Source of the DNA: an uncultured Actinomycetota bacterium
Lineage (GTDB): Bacteria; Actinomycetota; Aquicultoria; JACQXZ01; CAYGBL01
Direction: 5' to 3'
Assembly (NCBI GenBank): GCA_964348135.1
Contig: CAYGBL010000010.1
Span: 5,656-69,655 of the forward strand
Length of the DNA: 64,000 bases
The notes beneath the pieces are model-generated. The model saw only the letters and a program-made list of their open reading frames with translations. It made no database searches and was not told the DNA's origin. The position numbers were made by a program, and so were the translations under genes. Positions 35,735-46,343 of this stretch are shown here, one piece after another; position 1 is the first letter of the stretch; each line of letters starts with the position of its first letter.

Positions 35735-35767
35735 GCCGTATCTTCGCTGAGATACGGCTTTTTTATT
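35735..35767 (+). terminator. TPP riboswitch terminator
   Basis: GCCGUAUCUUCGCUGAGAUACGGC followed by UUUUUUAUU. Its cuucgcug segment is complementary to aptamer cagcgaag (35703-35710). Confidence 0.8.
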
Positions 35768-35796
35768 AAAAATTATACTAGTTAAATCAAAGCTTA

Positions 35797-36615
35797 ATGG
35801 AGGTTAAAGTGGAGCTGCATAAGCAAATTGCTAACGATTTAGGAGAGATTAGAAGAAAAAAGCCCCTTCTTCACCATATCACCAACTTTGTGGTAATGAA
35901 CGAAACTGCTAATGCAACGCTTTGTCTTGGTGCGTTACCTGTTATGTCCCATGCGAAAGAAGAAGTGGAAGAGATGGTAAGGGCGTCCGGAGCATTAGTG
36001 CTCAATATCGGAACGCTTACTCCAGAACTAATAGATTCCATGGTCCTCGCAGGAAAGAAAGCAAACGAACTCAGCATTCCGGTAATTCTTGATCCAGTTG
36101 GAGCAGGTGCAACCATGCTACGCACAGAGGCAAGTTACCGTTTACTCAATGACGTAAAAATTGACGTCGTCCGCGGTAACTCTGCAGAAATTTCCATCTT
36201 GGCAGGACAATCAGCTGAGATTCGCGGAGTAGAAGCGATATCAAACCAGACAGATCCTAAAAGTATTACACAGAAATTGGCAAAGGAGAGGGGTATGGTA
36301 GTCGCTATAACTGGAAGGGAAGACGTTATTAGCGATGGGAGCAAAACAGCTCTAGTTCAAAATGGGCACGCCATGCTTAGCGCAATTACCGGTACCGGCT
36401 GCATGGCTACTACCGCTATTGCAGCATTTGTGGCTGTCAATAAAGATCGTTTTCAAGGAACAATTGGCGGCCTGGTTGCCTTTGGGCTTGCTGGGGAGAA
36501 AGCGGCGAAAGCTTCGAAGGGACTTCCAGGAACTTTTCACACAAAGCTATACGATGCTCTGTCGCAACTGCAGGCAAGCGACATAATCACCTCAGCAAAA
36601 GTGAGAATCTACTAA
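35797..36615 (+). CDS. thiM: hydroxyethylthiazole kinase
   Basis: PLLHHITNFVVMNETAN and the ITGTGCM motif. Confidence 0.93.
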   Translation: MEVKVELHKQIANDLGEIRRKKPLLHHITNFVVMNETANATLCLGALPVMSHAKEEVEEMVRASGALVLNIGTLTPELIDSMVLAGKKANELSIPVILDPVGAGATMLRTEASYRLLNDVKIDVVRGNSAEISILAGQSAEIRGVEAISNQTDPKSITQKLAKERGMVVAITGREDVISDGSKTALVQNGHAMLSAITGTGCMATTAIAAFVAVNKDRFQGTIGGLVAFGLAGEKAAKASKGLPGTFHTKLYDALSQLQASDIITSAKVRIY

Positions 36616-37256
36616 TGGACTTAAGCCTGTATGTCATAACTGCAGAGATTCCAGAGAAGAACCGTACTCACCAAGATGTGGCGAAAGCAGCAATATATGG
36701 AGGTGCATCTGTTTTACAATTCCGGGAAAAAGAGAAGAAAAACCAGGAAAAATTAACTATCGCATATGAGCTAAGAGAAATTACAAAAAAACACAGAATT
36801 CCATTTATTGTTAATGACCACCCGGAAATGGCTCTGGCTGTTAATGCCGACGGACTTCATTTGGGACAAAGTGATATGCCTTTGTCTGAAGCACGCAATA
36901 TTTTTAGCTCTGGAATTATTGGCATTTCGGTTACATCCGTTGATGAATCCATCAAGGCAGAAAGAGAAGGAGCAGACTATCTGGGAGTAGGACCCATCTT
37001 TGCAACACCAAGTAAAAGTTATGCTGGAGAACCCATAGGATGTGGTACATTACGGGAAATAAGAAAGAGAGTGAAGATTCCCTTAGTAGCTATTGGAGGA
37101 ATAAACATGAACAGTTTAGAAGATGTAATTAGAGCAGGTGCCAACGGGATTGCTGTTATTTCAGCTATTGCTGTCGCTTCAGATATGGAAAATGCTTCGA
37201 GAGAGCTAAAAACAAGGATCTTAGAGCTTAAATCAAAATTAGGAATTCGAAATTAG
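36615..37256 (+). CDS. thiE: thiamine-phosphate synthase
   Basis: LYVIT..., VLQFREK, VNDHPEMA, GVGPIFAT.SK, AIGGI. Confidence 0.93.
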   Translation: MDLSLYVITAEIPEKNRTHQDVAKAAIYGGASVLQFREKEKKNQEKLTIAYELREITKKHRIPFIVNDHPEMALAVNADGLHLGQSDMPLSEARNIFSSGIIGISVTSVDESIKAEREGADYLGVGPIFATPSKSYAGEPIGCGTLREIRKRVKIPLVAIGGINMNSLEDVIRAGANGIAVISAIAVASDMENASRELKTRILELKSKLGIRN

Positions 37257-37280
37257 AAATTGGGAAGGGTTTAACTAAAA

Positions 37281-37357
37281 GCGAATAGCGAATTACTAAT
37301 TACGAATTGCTAATTCCGAATAACGAATTCCTAATTTCTAGTAACGAATAATTAATT
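37281..37357 (+). repeat. phased 7-nt array, family C (thiE to thiC spacer)
   Basis: Units: gcgaata gcgaatt actaatt acgaatt gctaatt ccgaata acgaatt cctaatt tctagta acgaata attaatt. Positions 37289-37328 are the reverse complement of 21373-21412. Confidence 0.9.
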
Positions 37358-37367
37358 AGGTGAGAGA

Positions 37368-38672
37368 ATGACTCTAATAGAGAAATTAAACCTTGGCGAA
37401 ATTCCAAAAAAGATAAGAAAAGTAGCAGCATACGAAAAGATAGAGCCTTATATGCTGAGTGAAAAGGTGCTTAAAGGAAGAGCTATTCTCCCTTGCAATC
37501 GCAAACACAAAGAAATAAGAGCTGTGGCTATAGGAGAAGGTCTGCGTACCAAAGTGAACGCCAACATAGGTACCTCAGAAGATTACCCCTACCTGGAAGA
37601 TGAGCTTAAAAAGTTAAGAGTCGCTATAGAAGCAGGAGCTGATACAGTTATGGATCTAAGTACAGGTGGAAATCTCGATCAGATAAGACATGAAATCATC
37701 GCTAATTCATCCATTCCTGTAGGAACAGTGCCAATATATCAAGCTGCCCTGGAAGCTAAAGAAAAATACGGAAGTATCGTGGAGATGAGTACTGATCTTA
37801 TCTTCGAAGTTATCGAAAAGCAAGCCGAAGACGGAGTCGATTTTATGACAGTTCACTGCGGGGTAACTCAGAGAGCTCTCCAGTCGCTTCAAGAACAGGG
37901 TAGGATTACTGAGATTGTGAGTAGGGGGGGTGCCTTTATTGCTGCCTGGATGCTCCGACATCAAAGAGAAAATCCCCTCTATGAAGATTTTGACCATTTA
38001 CTTAAAATTGCTAAGAAGTTCGACGTGACTCTCAGTCTGGGTGATGGCATGCGGCCTGGTTGTCTGGCTGATGCAAGCGACCGTGCCCAATTTGCCGAAC
38101 TTCTTACCTTGGGTGAATTAGTAGGAGAGGCACGAAAGACTAGAGTCCAAGTTATAGTAGAAGGTCCCGGACATCTTCCTTTCGATCAAATAGTAGCCAA
38201 CGTCCAAATGGAAAAGGAGATCTGTGAAGGAGCACCCTTTTACCTCCTCGGGCCTCTGGTAACTGATGTTGCACCCGGGTATGACCACATTACTTCAGCA
38301 ATTGGAGGCACGATGGCTGCATATGCTGGAGCGGATTTCCTCTGCTATGTAACGCCGCGTGAACATCTCGGTCTTCCCACCATAGAGGATACAAAAGAGG
38401 GGGTTATTGTGTGCCGGATTGCGGCCCACGCTGCAGACATCGCAAAGGGTGTAAAGGGCGCAGATGAATGGGACTTGAAAATGGCTAAGGCACGTAAAGC
38501 ACTTGATTGGAGCAGTCAAATAGCGCTTTCTATAAACCCGGAAAAGGCCAACAATGCCCATCAAGAAAGAAAAGGTAACGAGCAGGAAACCTGTACTATG
38601 TGTGGGGAATTCTGTGCTATGAAATTGGTATCCCAATTCCTCGGTTCAAAATATCAGGAAAAGTGTCTCTAG
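37368..38672 (+). CDS. thiC: phosphomethylpyrimidine synthase (short form)
   Basis: The ThiC core is present: GTVPIYQA, MTVHCGV, IVSRGG, EGPGH, and the C-terminal CTMCGEFCAM cluster motif. Confidence 0.95.
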   Translation: MTLIEKLNLGEIPKKIRKVAAYEKIEPYMLSEKVLKGRAILPCNRKHKEIRAVAIGEGLRTKVNANIGTSEDYPYLEDELKKLRVAIEAGADTVMDLSTGGNLDQIRHEIIANSSIPVGTVPIYQAALEAKEKYGSIVEMSTDLIFEVIEKQAEDGVDFMTVHCGVTQRALQSLQEQGRITEIVSRGGAFIAAWMLRHQRENPLYEDFDHLLKIAKKFDVTLSLGDGMRPGCLADASDRAQFAELLTLGELVGEARKTRVQVIVEGPGHLPFDQIVANVQMEKEICEGAPFYLLGPLVTDVAPGYDHITSAIGGTMAAYAGADFLCYVTPREHLGLPTIEDTKEGVIVCRIAAHAADIAKGVKGADEWDLKMAKARKALDWSSQIALSINPEKANNAHQERKGNEQETCTMCGEFCAMKLVSQFLGSKYQEKCL

Positions 38673-38677
38673 TTGCA

Positions 38678-39688
38678 ATGAGAATAGAAGAAATCGGAGA
38701 ATTCGGTTTAATAGAAAAAATTTCTGAGCTTGCAGGAACTTCTTCTGATGATGTGGTGCTTTCTATCGGGGATGATGCAGCTGTAGTGAAAACAAGCTCT
38801 AATCTCTACACGCTGCTTACAACAGAAAATTTTCTAGAAGGGGTGCATTTCAAGTTAGATTCTATCTCTCCTTATCAACTTGGTTACAAGTCCCTTGCGG
38901 TTAACTTAAGTGATATTGCTGCCATGGCAGGACTTCCTCGCTTTGTTCTGGTCTCTCTGGCTCTGAAACCTAAAACAAAGGTGAAATTCGTAGATGAACT
39001 TTACAAAGGTATGCTGCAATTGGCTAAGAAATTCGGAGTAAATATAATAGGGGGAGATACTTCCAGCTCTATTCAAGTTTCAGTAAATGTAACTGTAATC
39101 GGTGAAGTAGAACCTGAACTCTTTAGAATTCGGGGAGCAGCTCAGATAGGAGATAAAGTTTTAGTAACTGGCAATCTGGGAGCTTCCTCCGCAGGCCTCG
39201 AACTTCTACTTAAATTTGCCGACAGAAAAATATCCGAATTCGATAAAGAGCTTAAGAACGCTCATCTTCTTCCCCAACCAAGGATAAAAGAGGCACGTAT
39301 AGCAGCCAAAATGGGAGCTAAAGCTATGGAAGATATTAGCGACGGTTTGGCAATAGAGATAAAACACATCTGCCAGAGTAGCGGAGTAGGAGCACATTTA
39401 CTAAGCACCGAACTCCCAGTCGCAAGGGGCGTAAATGATGTTGCGGCAGAGCTTGGAAAGAATCCTTTGGACTTCGTCCTTGCCGGTGGAGAAGATTACG
39501 AGCTGGTATTCACCGCTTCTTCCAAATTGGCAGGTGATATTACGGACGCTGTCGAGAATGAAACAGGTACCAAGGTTACTGTAGTAGGTGAAATCATTCC
39601 TTCTCCCAAAATAACTATAGAAAACGGAAAGGGAAAGATTGAAGATCTTCCCATTAGAGGTTACGAACACTTTTCCTCTCTACAGTAA
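38678..39688 (+). CDS. thiL: thiamine-monophosphate kinase
   Basis: [15 protein letters not shown]...GDDAAV...[11 protein letters not shown] pattern. The track ORF start at 38600 overlaps thiC and is unlikely. Confidence 0.9.
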   Translation: MRIEEIGEFGLIEKISELAGTSSDDVVLSIGDDAAVVKTSSNLYTLLTTENFLEGVHFKLDSISPYQLGYKSLAVNLSDIAAMAGLPRFVLVSLALKPKTKVKFVDELYKGMLQLAKKFGVNIIGGDTSSSIQVSVNVTVIGEVEPELFRIRGAAQIGDKVLVTGNLGASSAGLELLLKFADRKISEFDKELKNAHLLPQPRIKEARIAAKMGAKAMEDISDGLAIEIKHICQSSGVGAHLLSTELPVARGVNDVAAELGKNPLDFVLAGGEDYELVFTASSKLAGDITDAVENETGTKVTVVGEIIPSPKITIENGKGKIEDLPIRGYEHFSSLQ

Positions 39689-39699
39689 GATGGAGGCCA

Positions 39700-40485
39700 A
39701 TGACAATCCCTTCTGTTTTAACAATCGCTGGCTCTGATTCTGGTGGTGGCGCAGGTATTGAAGCAGACCTTAAAACCTTCGCCCGTCTAAAAGTGCATGG
39801 TCTCTGTGCTATTACCGCTATAACCTCCCAAAATACTCACTCAGTAAAAGATATATTTTACCTTCCAGCGGAAGTGGTAATTTCTCAAATTGAGACCGTT
39901 GCAAGAGATATTGAGATAAGCGCTGTTAAAACCGGTATGCTGGGAAGAGGTACACTGATAACACAGGTTTGTAAAGTGATCAAAAATCTCAAACTTCCCA
40001 ATCTTGTAGTCGACCCTGTAATAGAAAGTAAGAGCAAAACCTTACTTATGAATGAAGAGGGAAAGAGTCTGATAAAAACAAAGCTTATTCCTTTGGCGAC
40101 AGTTGTCACACCTAACATCGAGGAAGCAGAACTCCTGTCTGGACTGAAGATCAACTCAGTAGAGAAGATGAAGGAAGCCGCAAAGACAGTAAACAATTTG
40201 GGAGCCCAATGGGTTGTAATTACAGGAGGACATCTTGAAGAGAAAGCAACTGATATCTTGTATAACGGCTCTCAATTCTGGGAATATGCAGAGAAAAAAA
40301 TCCACTCTACAGGAGTCCATGGAACAGGTTGTACATTTTCCTCTGCAATCGCTGCTTATCTAGCTAAAGGGTTGGAAGTACCGGATGCTGTATTAAACGC
40401 CAAAGAGTTTATAAGCAAAACAATACAAAATGCCCTGGAAGTAGGAAAGGGATACCCACTCGCTAATCAATTCTATGATTTATAA
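39700..40485 (+). CDS. thiD: hydroxymethylpyrimidine / phosphomethylpyrimidine kinase
   Basis: [22 protein letters not shown] and the [12 protein letters not shown] motif. Confidence 0.93.
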   Translation: MTIPSVLTIAGSDSGGGAGIEADLKTFARLKVHGLCAITAITSQNTHSVKDIFYLPAEVVISQIETVARDIEISAVKTGMLGRGTLITQVCKVIKNLKLPNLVVDPVIESKSKTLLMNEEGKSLIKTKLIPLATVVTPNIEEAELLSGLKINSVEKMKEAAKTVNNLGAQWVVITGGHLEEKATDILYNGSQFWEYAEKKIHSTGVHGTGCTFSSAIAAYLAKGLEVPDAVLNAKEFISKTIQNALEVGKGYPLANQFYDL

Positions 40486-40492
40486 AACAAGA

Positions 40493-40511
40493 GCCCCGCC
40501 GTTGGCGGGGC
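40493..40511. terminator. bidirectional GC hairpin between convergent thiD and csp
   Basis: GCCCCGCC GUU GGCGGGGC. Confidence 0.7.
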
Positions 40512-40526
40512 TTGATAGACAAACCT

Positions 40527-40733
40527 TTAGCCGATTTTCACGACTTTGGTTGCCTGTGGCTTACCGCGGTTTCCTTCAGTAATTTCAAATTGCACACGTT
40601 CACCCTCTTGAAGAGACTTATAACCCTCGCTTTCAATGGCTGAAAAATGTACAAATACATCACTACCATCTTCCTGCTCAATAAAGCCATAACCTTTAGC
40701 AGCATTAAACCACTTGACCTTACCTTCTGCCAA
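40527..40733 (-). CDS. cspA: cold-shock protein (CspA family)
   Basis: [17 protein letters not shown]...VFVHFSAI. I prefer the internal TTG at 40733, preceded by GGAGG with an 8-nt spacer, over the track TTG at 40748. Confidence 0.9.
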   Translation of the reverse strand: MAEGKVKWFNAAKGYGFIEQEDGSDVFVHFSAIESEGYKSLQEGERVQFEITEGNRGKPQATKVVKIG

Positions 40734-40935
40734 CTTACAAACCTCCAATCATACTCCCGTGTCCAAACATATTGGGCATCCAAGATTACTTGTGCTTTAG
40801 GCACGCTACTAAACGATACACATATAACCTTAAAAAGTCAAGGTATATCTGCTGGCACAAAACAAGTTTCTTAACCTTGAAAATACTTACGCTTGATATA
40901 ACCCAGCAGGTTGTGTTAATAAAAAGTGAGCCGTT

Positions 40936-41901
40936 ATGTCAATTGGAAAAGAAATGCTCAGATATAAATGTCTAGGCGCGTTAATTGGTACCTTTGTAGG
41001 TGATGCTTTAGGTATGCCCTTTGAAGGATGGCACTTTAAGGCAATCGAACGAAGGTACGGAAAAATTAATAGAATGTATAATGCTCGTCTGGGAAAAGGA
41101 ACCTATACAGATGACACTCAAATGATGATAGCAGTGGCTGAATCTCTAGTTGAGAATAAGGGCTTCAATGGTAAAGATATGGCCAGTAAATTCTTATTGA
41201 ACTACGACCCACGACGCGGTTATGGGCAGGGAACTGTTCGTTCTCTTTCGCTGTTGAGATCTGGAGTTGACTGGCAGGAAGCAGGTAAACGTGTCTTTAA
41301 AGGAGGCTCTTTTGGAAACGGTTCTGCCATGCGGGTAGCACCAGTTGGAATCTTTTATGCGCAAAACACGATGAAACTCAAAGAGGTGGCTTACAAGAGC
41401 AGTCAAATCACCCATGCTCATAGTCTGGGTAAAGAGGGTGCAGCCCTACAAGCTTCAGCAGTGGCCGAGGCTTTCCTGCGTTCTCCACAGGATAAATTAC
41501 ATCCAGAGGACTTCCTGGCTAACCTTATACGCAAAATACCGAGAGAGGCAGTAATATTTCACCAGAAACTCAATATCATAGGACACCTTCTAAAGGAGAA
41601 ACCCTCGAAAGATGAGGTAGTAGAAAAACTGGGTATTGACAGCCGCGCTTTTCAATCCATACCCTCGGCTATTTATTGTTTTCTTGCCAACTCTGAAAGT
41701 TTCGAGGAATCATTAGTCTATGCCGTAGGTCTGGGGGGTGACGCAGACACCATAGGCGCGATGACTGGTGCAATTGCCGGCGCTTATCATAGTCTTAGCA
41801 ATATTCCTGTTCAATGGATTGATGAACTGGAGAACGACTATAAAGGTAAAGATTATGTTATGGAGCTTGGAAATAAAATTTTTGATTTAGTTTATAAATA
41901 A
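40936..41901 (+). CDS. ADP-ribosylglycohydrolase family protein
   Basis: GDALGMPFEG, YTDDTQM and GGDADTIGAMTGAIAGAY motifs. Confidence 0.88.
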   Translation: MSIGKEMLRYKCLGALIGTFVGDALGMPFEGWHFKAIERRYGKINRMYNARLGKGTYTDDTQMMIAVAESLVENKGFNGKDMASKFLLNYDPRRGYGQGTVRSLSLLRSGVDWQEAGKRVFKGGSFGNGSAMRVAPVGIFYAQNTMKLKEVAYKSSQITHAHSLGKEGAALQASAVAEAFLRSPQDKLHPEDFLANLIRKIPREAVIFHQKLNIIGHLLKEKPSKDEVVEKLGIDSRAFQSIPSAIYCFLANSESFEESLVYAVGLGGDADTIGAMTGAIAGAYHSLSNIPVQWIDELENDYKGKDYVMELGNKIFDLVYK

Positions 41902-42082
41902 GAATTAAAGGATTCGAGGGGTAATAGAGTCAAGGGTTCTAGTAAATGCTAAAAATTCTAAATCCCAAACACCAAATTGTAATAATCTCTTCTAATCCCT
42001 CTTTAAAAAAGAGGGGAACATATAAAACTTCCCTTTCCTAAAGGGAAGTGGGATGGGACACAGTGCAGGAAAGGCTCCTCTT

Positions 42083-42439
42083 ATGGTCAAGATCGACTCA
42101 ACTGCATTTGGAAAGGTAGTAGTTAATGGTAATAAATACGAGGATATTCTAATAATAGGCAATAGTGTTATACCAAGAGATAAAGAGAAAATTAGAGCTA
42201 TTTATGGAACGTCGCATATGCTGAGTAAGGAAGAGGCTGTGAAACTGCTTAAAGATAATCCAGAAATAGTAGTCATTGGGAACGGTCAACACGGAGCTTT
42301 AAAAGTAGATGAAGAAGCAGCTGGAGTTATTAAAAAATCGGCTGAACTGATTGTTGCACGAACTCCCGAAGCCATCAAGAAATATAATGAATGCTCAAGA
42401 ATGAAACGCACAAATGCTTTGATACATGTAACCTGCTAG
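42083..42439 (+). CDS. Mth938-like (DUF498) domain protein
   Basis: MVKIDSTAFGKVVVNGNKYEDILII...VVIGNG pattern. The upstream ATG at 42053 is possible. Confidence 0.7.
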   Translation: MVKIDSTAFGKVVVNGNKYEDILIIGNSVIPRDKEKIRAIYGTSHMLSKEEAVKLLKDNPEIVVIGNGQHGALKVDEEAAGVIKKSAELIVARTPEAIKKYNECSRMKRTNALIHVTC

Positions 42440-42691
42440 CGATTCACTTTGCTACAGACAGCTTCCTAAAGTTTAGCAAATATAATACTATCTTAAATCC
42501 TTTGGATTACCAGGCACTTCAAGATATGGCTAAGCTATGTCAGTATTCCTCGTCACCTGAAACTCAGCCCTTCTTCACATAAGTGTCGAAGGGCAGCTCT
42601 TAACCTTGGAAGTACATACGTGCTCTTTGACTTGAGAAAAGCACCTTAAACTTATTGAAGGCTTCTAAATTAAGCGAAGCGACAAGTCGAA

Positions 42692-42788
42692 TGGCGGGAG
42701 TGTGTGGGAATCGAACCCACCTAGAACGCTTCTAACGCTCTACCGTGGTTTTGAAGACCAGGCAGCCCACCAGGACTACTCCACTCCC
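42692..42788 (-). tRNA. selC: tRNA-Sec (anticodon UCA), CCA encoded
   Basis: The minus strand reads GGGAGUGG...CUUCAAA anticodon loop...long variable arm UAGAGCGUUAGAAGCGUUCUA...T-arm GUGGGUUCGAUUCCCAC...ACACUCCCGCCA. It lies directly downstream of selB. Confidence 0.88.
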
Positions 42789-42797
42789 ATATCAGCT

Positions 42798-42867
42798 ATT
42801 AGGAATTAGTTATTCGTAATTCGTTGTTAACATCTGTTCTTAATTTCTAATTTCTAATATCTAATAT
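42798..42867 (-). repeat. phased 7-nt array, family C-like (selB to selC spacer)
   Basis: Units: attagga attagtt attcgta attcgtt gttaaca tctgttc ttaattt ctaattt ctaatat ctaatat. Confidence 0.85.
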
Positions 42868-42871
42868 CCCA

Positions 42872-44767
42872 CTATCTCAGAACTCTAAAGTCTCCCTCTC
42901 TGCGAGTTACTTTCTTAGAATCAAAATACTCCAAGAGTGGAACGGCATATTTCCTTGAGGTATTAATAAGGTCTCTAAACTGGCTGACTGTCATTTTTCC
43001 ATTCTTTTTTATAAATTCCCTAAGCTTCTCTTCAATCTCTTTTATGGCCTGCTTATGAAAGTAGAGATTCTGCTTTACCTGAATCACTGCACCTTGTGAA
43101 ATTAGAATATTCATCAGAAGTCTTGTCTCTTTTGTCTTCTTTTCACCCCCGTTAATCAATTCCTCAGGACTAGGAGGAGAGAATTTTTGCCTGAGCAATT
43201 CTTTTTCAATCAGCCCAAGTATCGTGTGCTGCTCTTCACTCAGTTCCAGCCTGGCATCAGCATGATATACCGACTCTCCTTCCAGACGAATCAGTCCCTC
43301 CTCCTTCAATAAATTTAAAATTGCCTGAGCCGCTCTGTCCGAGAGATTGGACATGTACTTCTGACGCAAGATCTCCCTTGACATCCCTGGACTTAAAGGA
43401 TTAGCTTTATGATACTCCCTAAGCGTCTTAATAATCAATTCTTTCCACTTGTTTAGAGAGGCTGAGAGCCAATAGAACTCAATTCCTTCAGTCTTCAGGG
43501 AACTAACATCCTCTGCCACTAGCAGCGCCTGCAATCCCTCTTTAACTGTTGAACCCTCTAATTCACAGTGCCCTACAAGCTCTCGCTCAGTTAATGGTAC
43601 ACTTTTCAGCATAAGACTTATGAGTTCTAAAGGATCACCCCTTCTCAAAACCTCCAAATCTTCCAAAATGCTTAAATCTTTTTGCCGATGTTTGGCTGCA
43701 TGGCTGTTGAGAATCTTTCCTCCCCCAATTGTATAAGCTGGAGAATAGGTACGGATAATAAAATGATCATTATATTTAGGTACTATAGGTGACTCCAGAC
43801 GAAACTGAATAAAAGCATCCTCTCCAGGAAAAACTTCGTCTTGCCCGATGAGTACGGCTCGTGCCATAACTTCACTAGTTCCATGATGAAAACGTACCCT
43901 TGTCTTGTTCTTAAACTGCTTTGCTGAGTGGAGAAGGTGGAAGTAAGTATCAACCATGCTACTTATCGCAAGATAATCCGGAGCCACAACTACATCCCCC
44001 CGGTAAAGTTGCTCTGGCTTGACTCCCGCAATATTTAGAGCAACCCGCTGGCCAGCATATGCCTCTTTGACCTCTTTTCCGTGAACCTGAACACTCCGCA
44101 TACGTACATCTATTCCCTTGGGAAGAATTCTGGCTTGATCATCTGTTTTCATCTTCCCCGACCAAAGAGTTCCAGTAACTACACTACCTACTCCTTTAAG
44201 CACAAAGACACGGTCTATGGGCAGTCTAAATGGCAGCTTTACATCCTTCTCTATTACTTCATCAGCAAGTTCATCAATCTTAGTAATCAGCTCAGAAATA
44301 CCGCTGCCTGTTACTGAGGATACGGGGATTATAGGGGCACCGGCAAGAACAGTGCCCTGAAGAATCGTTCGAATATCCTCCTTGACAACTTCAAGCCACT
44401 CCTCATCCACCAAATCTGCCTTAGTTAAGGCAACGATTCCACGAGGAACTTCCAGAAGGTCAATGATAAACAAATGCTCTTCTGTTTGCGGCATCACTCC
44501 ATCATCAGCTGCAACTACCAGAAGAACTATATCAATACCAGTAGCTCCAGCAAGCATATTCTTTACAAAGCGCTCATGGCCCGGTACATCTACTACACCC
44601 AGAGATTTCCCGCTAGGAAGTCTCATTTCAGCAAAACCCAGGTCAATAGAGATGCCGCGCTTTTTCTCTTCCTTCAGGCGGTCAGTGTCAAAACCGGTAA
44701 TAGCTTTTATGAGTTCTGTTTTGCCATGATCAATATGGCCTGCGGTTCCCAGAATTATATGTCTCAT
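42872..44767 (-). CDS. selB: selenocysteine-specific translation elongation factor
   Basis: GTPase motifs GTAGHIDHGKT, DVPGHERF and TKADL, plus a long winged-helix C-terminus. Confidence 0.95.
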   Translation of the reverse strand: MRHIILGTAGHIDHGKTELIKAITGFDTDRLKEEKKRGISIDLGFAEMRLPSGKSLGVVDVPGHERFVKNMLAGATGIDIVLLVVAADDGVMPQTEEHLFIIDLLEVPRGIVALTKADLVDEEWLEVVKEDIRTILQGTVLAGAPIIPVSSVTGSGISELITKIDELADEVIEKDVKLPFRLPIDRVFVLKGVGSVVTGTLWSGKMKTDDQARILPKGIDVRMRSVQVHGKEVKEAYAGQRVALNIAGVKPEQLYRGDVVVAPDYLAISSMVDTYFHLLHSAKQFKNKTRVRFHHGTSEVMARAVLIGQDEVFPGEDAFIQFRLESPIVPKYNDHFIIRTYSPAYTIGGGKILNSHAAKHRQKDLSILEDLEVLRRGDPLELISLMLKSVPLTERELVGHCELEGSTVKEGLQALLVAEDVSSLKTEGIEFYWLSASLNKWKELIIKTLREYHKANPLSPGMSREILRQKYMSNLSDRAAQAILNLLKEEGLIRLEGESVYHADARLELSEEQHTILGLIEKELLRQKFSPPSPEELINGGEKKTKETRLLMNILISQGAVIQVKQNLYFHKQAIKEIEEKLREFIKKNGKMTVSQFRDLINTSRKYAVPLLEYFDSKKVTRREGDFRVLR

Positions 44768-44888
44768 AGCATTTGTTATCCTGCCCCAACTTGTTTAAGT
44801 TAGTATTTTGCCTGAAGGTGTGCGCCATTGGTAATAGTAAGATTGAATCAGTGGGGAGTTTGTCAGCTGGTAACCGGGAGCAAAATTC

Positions 44889-46343
44889 TCACTCTTGACT
44901 CCCGACTCCTGACTCATGACTTTCTATCTTCTCAAATCCCTCTACAACTTCACTATACTCTTCAGGAAGGATTGTGCGGGCATCTAAAAGTATCTTTTCT
45001 TCTTTTATGCGAACAATTATGGGTGGGACATTTTCCCGCAGTCTTTGCTCTACTTCTCCAACTGTACTAAATCTTGGTTCCAGCAACACCACATAGGTAG
45101 GTAATTCTGTTAGAGGAAGAGCCCCACCTCCAGCACGGCCTATTTCGTCTTTCACTTCCACTTTAAATTTGTCCGGAACTTTCGCCCTCAGCATATCTGC
45201 TAATTCTTCGGCCCTCTTCTTCAATTCCTCAAGCGGGATGGTTATCATTCTTAGAGTCGGGATGTTCTCAAACGATTTTTGTGGATCAAAGTAAGCCTTC
45301 AACGTTGCTTCGAGCGCTGCAATTGTAAATTTGTCAACTCTAATTGCACGAGCCAAGGGATGTTTCTTAAGCCTGGAAATATATCTGCTTTTACCAATTA
45401 TAATACCGGCCTGCGGCCCACCAAGAAGTTTGTCCCCGCTGAAAGTGATAACGTCCACTCCTGCTCTTAGCGCACCGGCAGCGGTAGGTTCTCCAGCCAA
45501 CTGCAAGGATGGTAAATCGGCTAAAACACCGCTGCCTAAATCATACATAACGGGAAGGTTAAACTCCCTTCCCAACTGAACCAGTTCTTCAATCATTGCT
45601 TCGTGGGTAAACCCTACAATCTTAAAGTTCGAAGCATGCACTTTTAAAAGCATCGCTGTATTTTCATTAATGGCAGCCCGGTAGTCCGAGACATAGGTTT
45701 TATTTGTAGTTCCCACCTCCTGTAAAACAGCTCCACTCTCTCTCATAACATCAGGGATGCGGAAGGAACCGCCTATCTCCACTAGTTCGCCGCGGGATAC
45801 AATAACTTCTCTTTCTTTAGCAAAGGTACAAAGAGTCAGCAAAACTGCAGAGGCATTGTTGTTAACCACCATACCATCTTCTGCTTTAGTAAGAGTCCTA
45901 ATTAGCTCAGTTAGATGGTCGTGCCGAGATCCTCTCTCACCTTTATCCAGGTCAAACTCAAGGTTGGAGTAATGACTGGCCACCTCTACCAGGCCCCTCA
46001 CCGCTTCTTGAGAGAGGATTGAGCGGCCTAGATTGGTATGGATAACAACGCCGGTAGCATTTATCACTCTGCGTAAACTGGGAGAAACGATGTCTTCTAC
46101 TTTCCTCTGTACCTGCGGAACCATTGCCTCCGAGCTCAAATCCAATTGTAAGAGCTTACTCTCATCCTCCGTGGTAAGAATACGTTCCCTAAGATCATCT
46201 ATAACAAAGCGGGTTGCATCAACGACTACATCACGCGGATACAGTTCCATCATAAGTTGAATTTCTGAAAGCTTCAGTACCTCATCGACTGCTGATAGCC
46301 TGCGTAGATATTCTTTTTTGTTTAAATTCAATTCACCGTTCAT
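44889..46343 (-). CDS. selA: L-seryl-tRNA(Sec) selenium transferase
   Basis: RRVINATGVVIHTNLGRS and the PLP-Lys region FSGDKLLGGPQAG. The last ~11 codons (ESHESGVGSQE) are encoded by a gactcct-type 7-nt array. Confidence 0.95.
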   Translation of the reverse strand: MNGELNLNKKEYLRRLSAVDEVLKLSEIQLMMELYPRDVVVDATRFVIDDLRERILTTEDESKLLQLDLSSEAMVPQVQRKVEDIVSPSLRRVINATGVVIHTNLGRSILSQEAVRGLVEVASHYSNLEFDLDKGERGSRHDHLTELIRTLTKAEDGMVVNNNASAVLLTLCTFAKEREVIVSRGELVEIGGSFRIPDVMRESGAVLQEVGTTNKTYVSDYRAAINENTAMLLKVHASNFKIVGFTHEAMIEELVQLGREFNLPVMYDLGSGVLADLPSLQLAGEPTAAGALRAGVDVITFSGDKLLGGPQAGIIIGKSRYISRLKKHPLARAIRVDKFTIAALEATLKAYFDPQKSFENIPTLRMITIPLEELKKRAEELADMLRAKVPDKFKVEVKDEIGRAGGGALPLTELPTYVVLLEPRFSTVGEVEQRLRENVPPIIVRIKEEKILLDARTILPEEYSEVVEGFEKIESHESGVGSQE

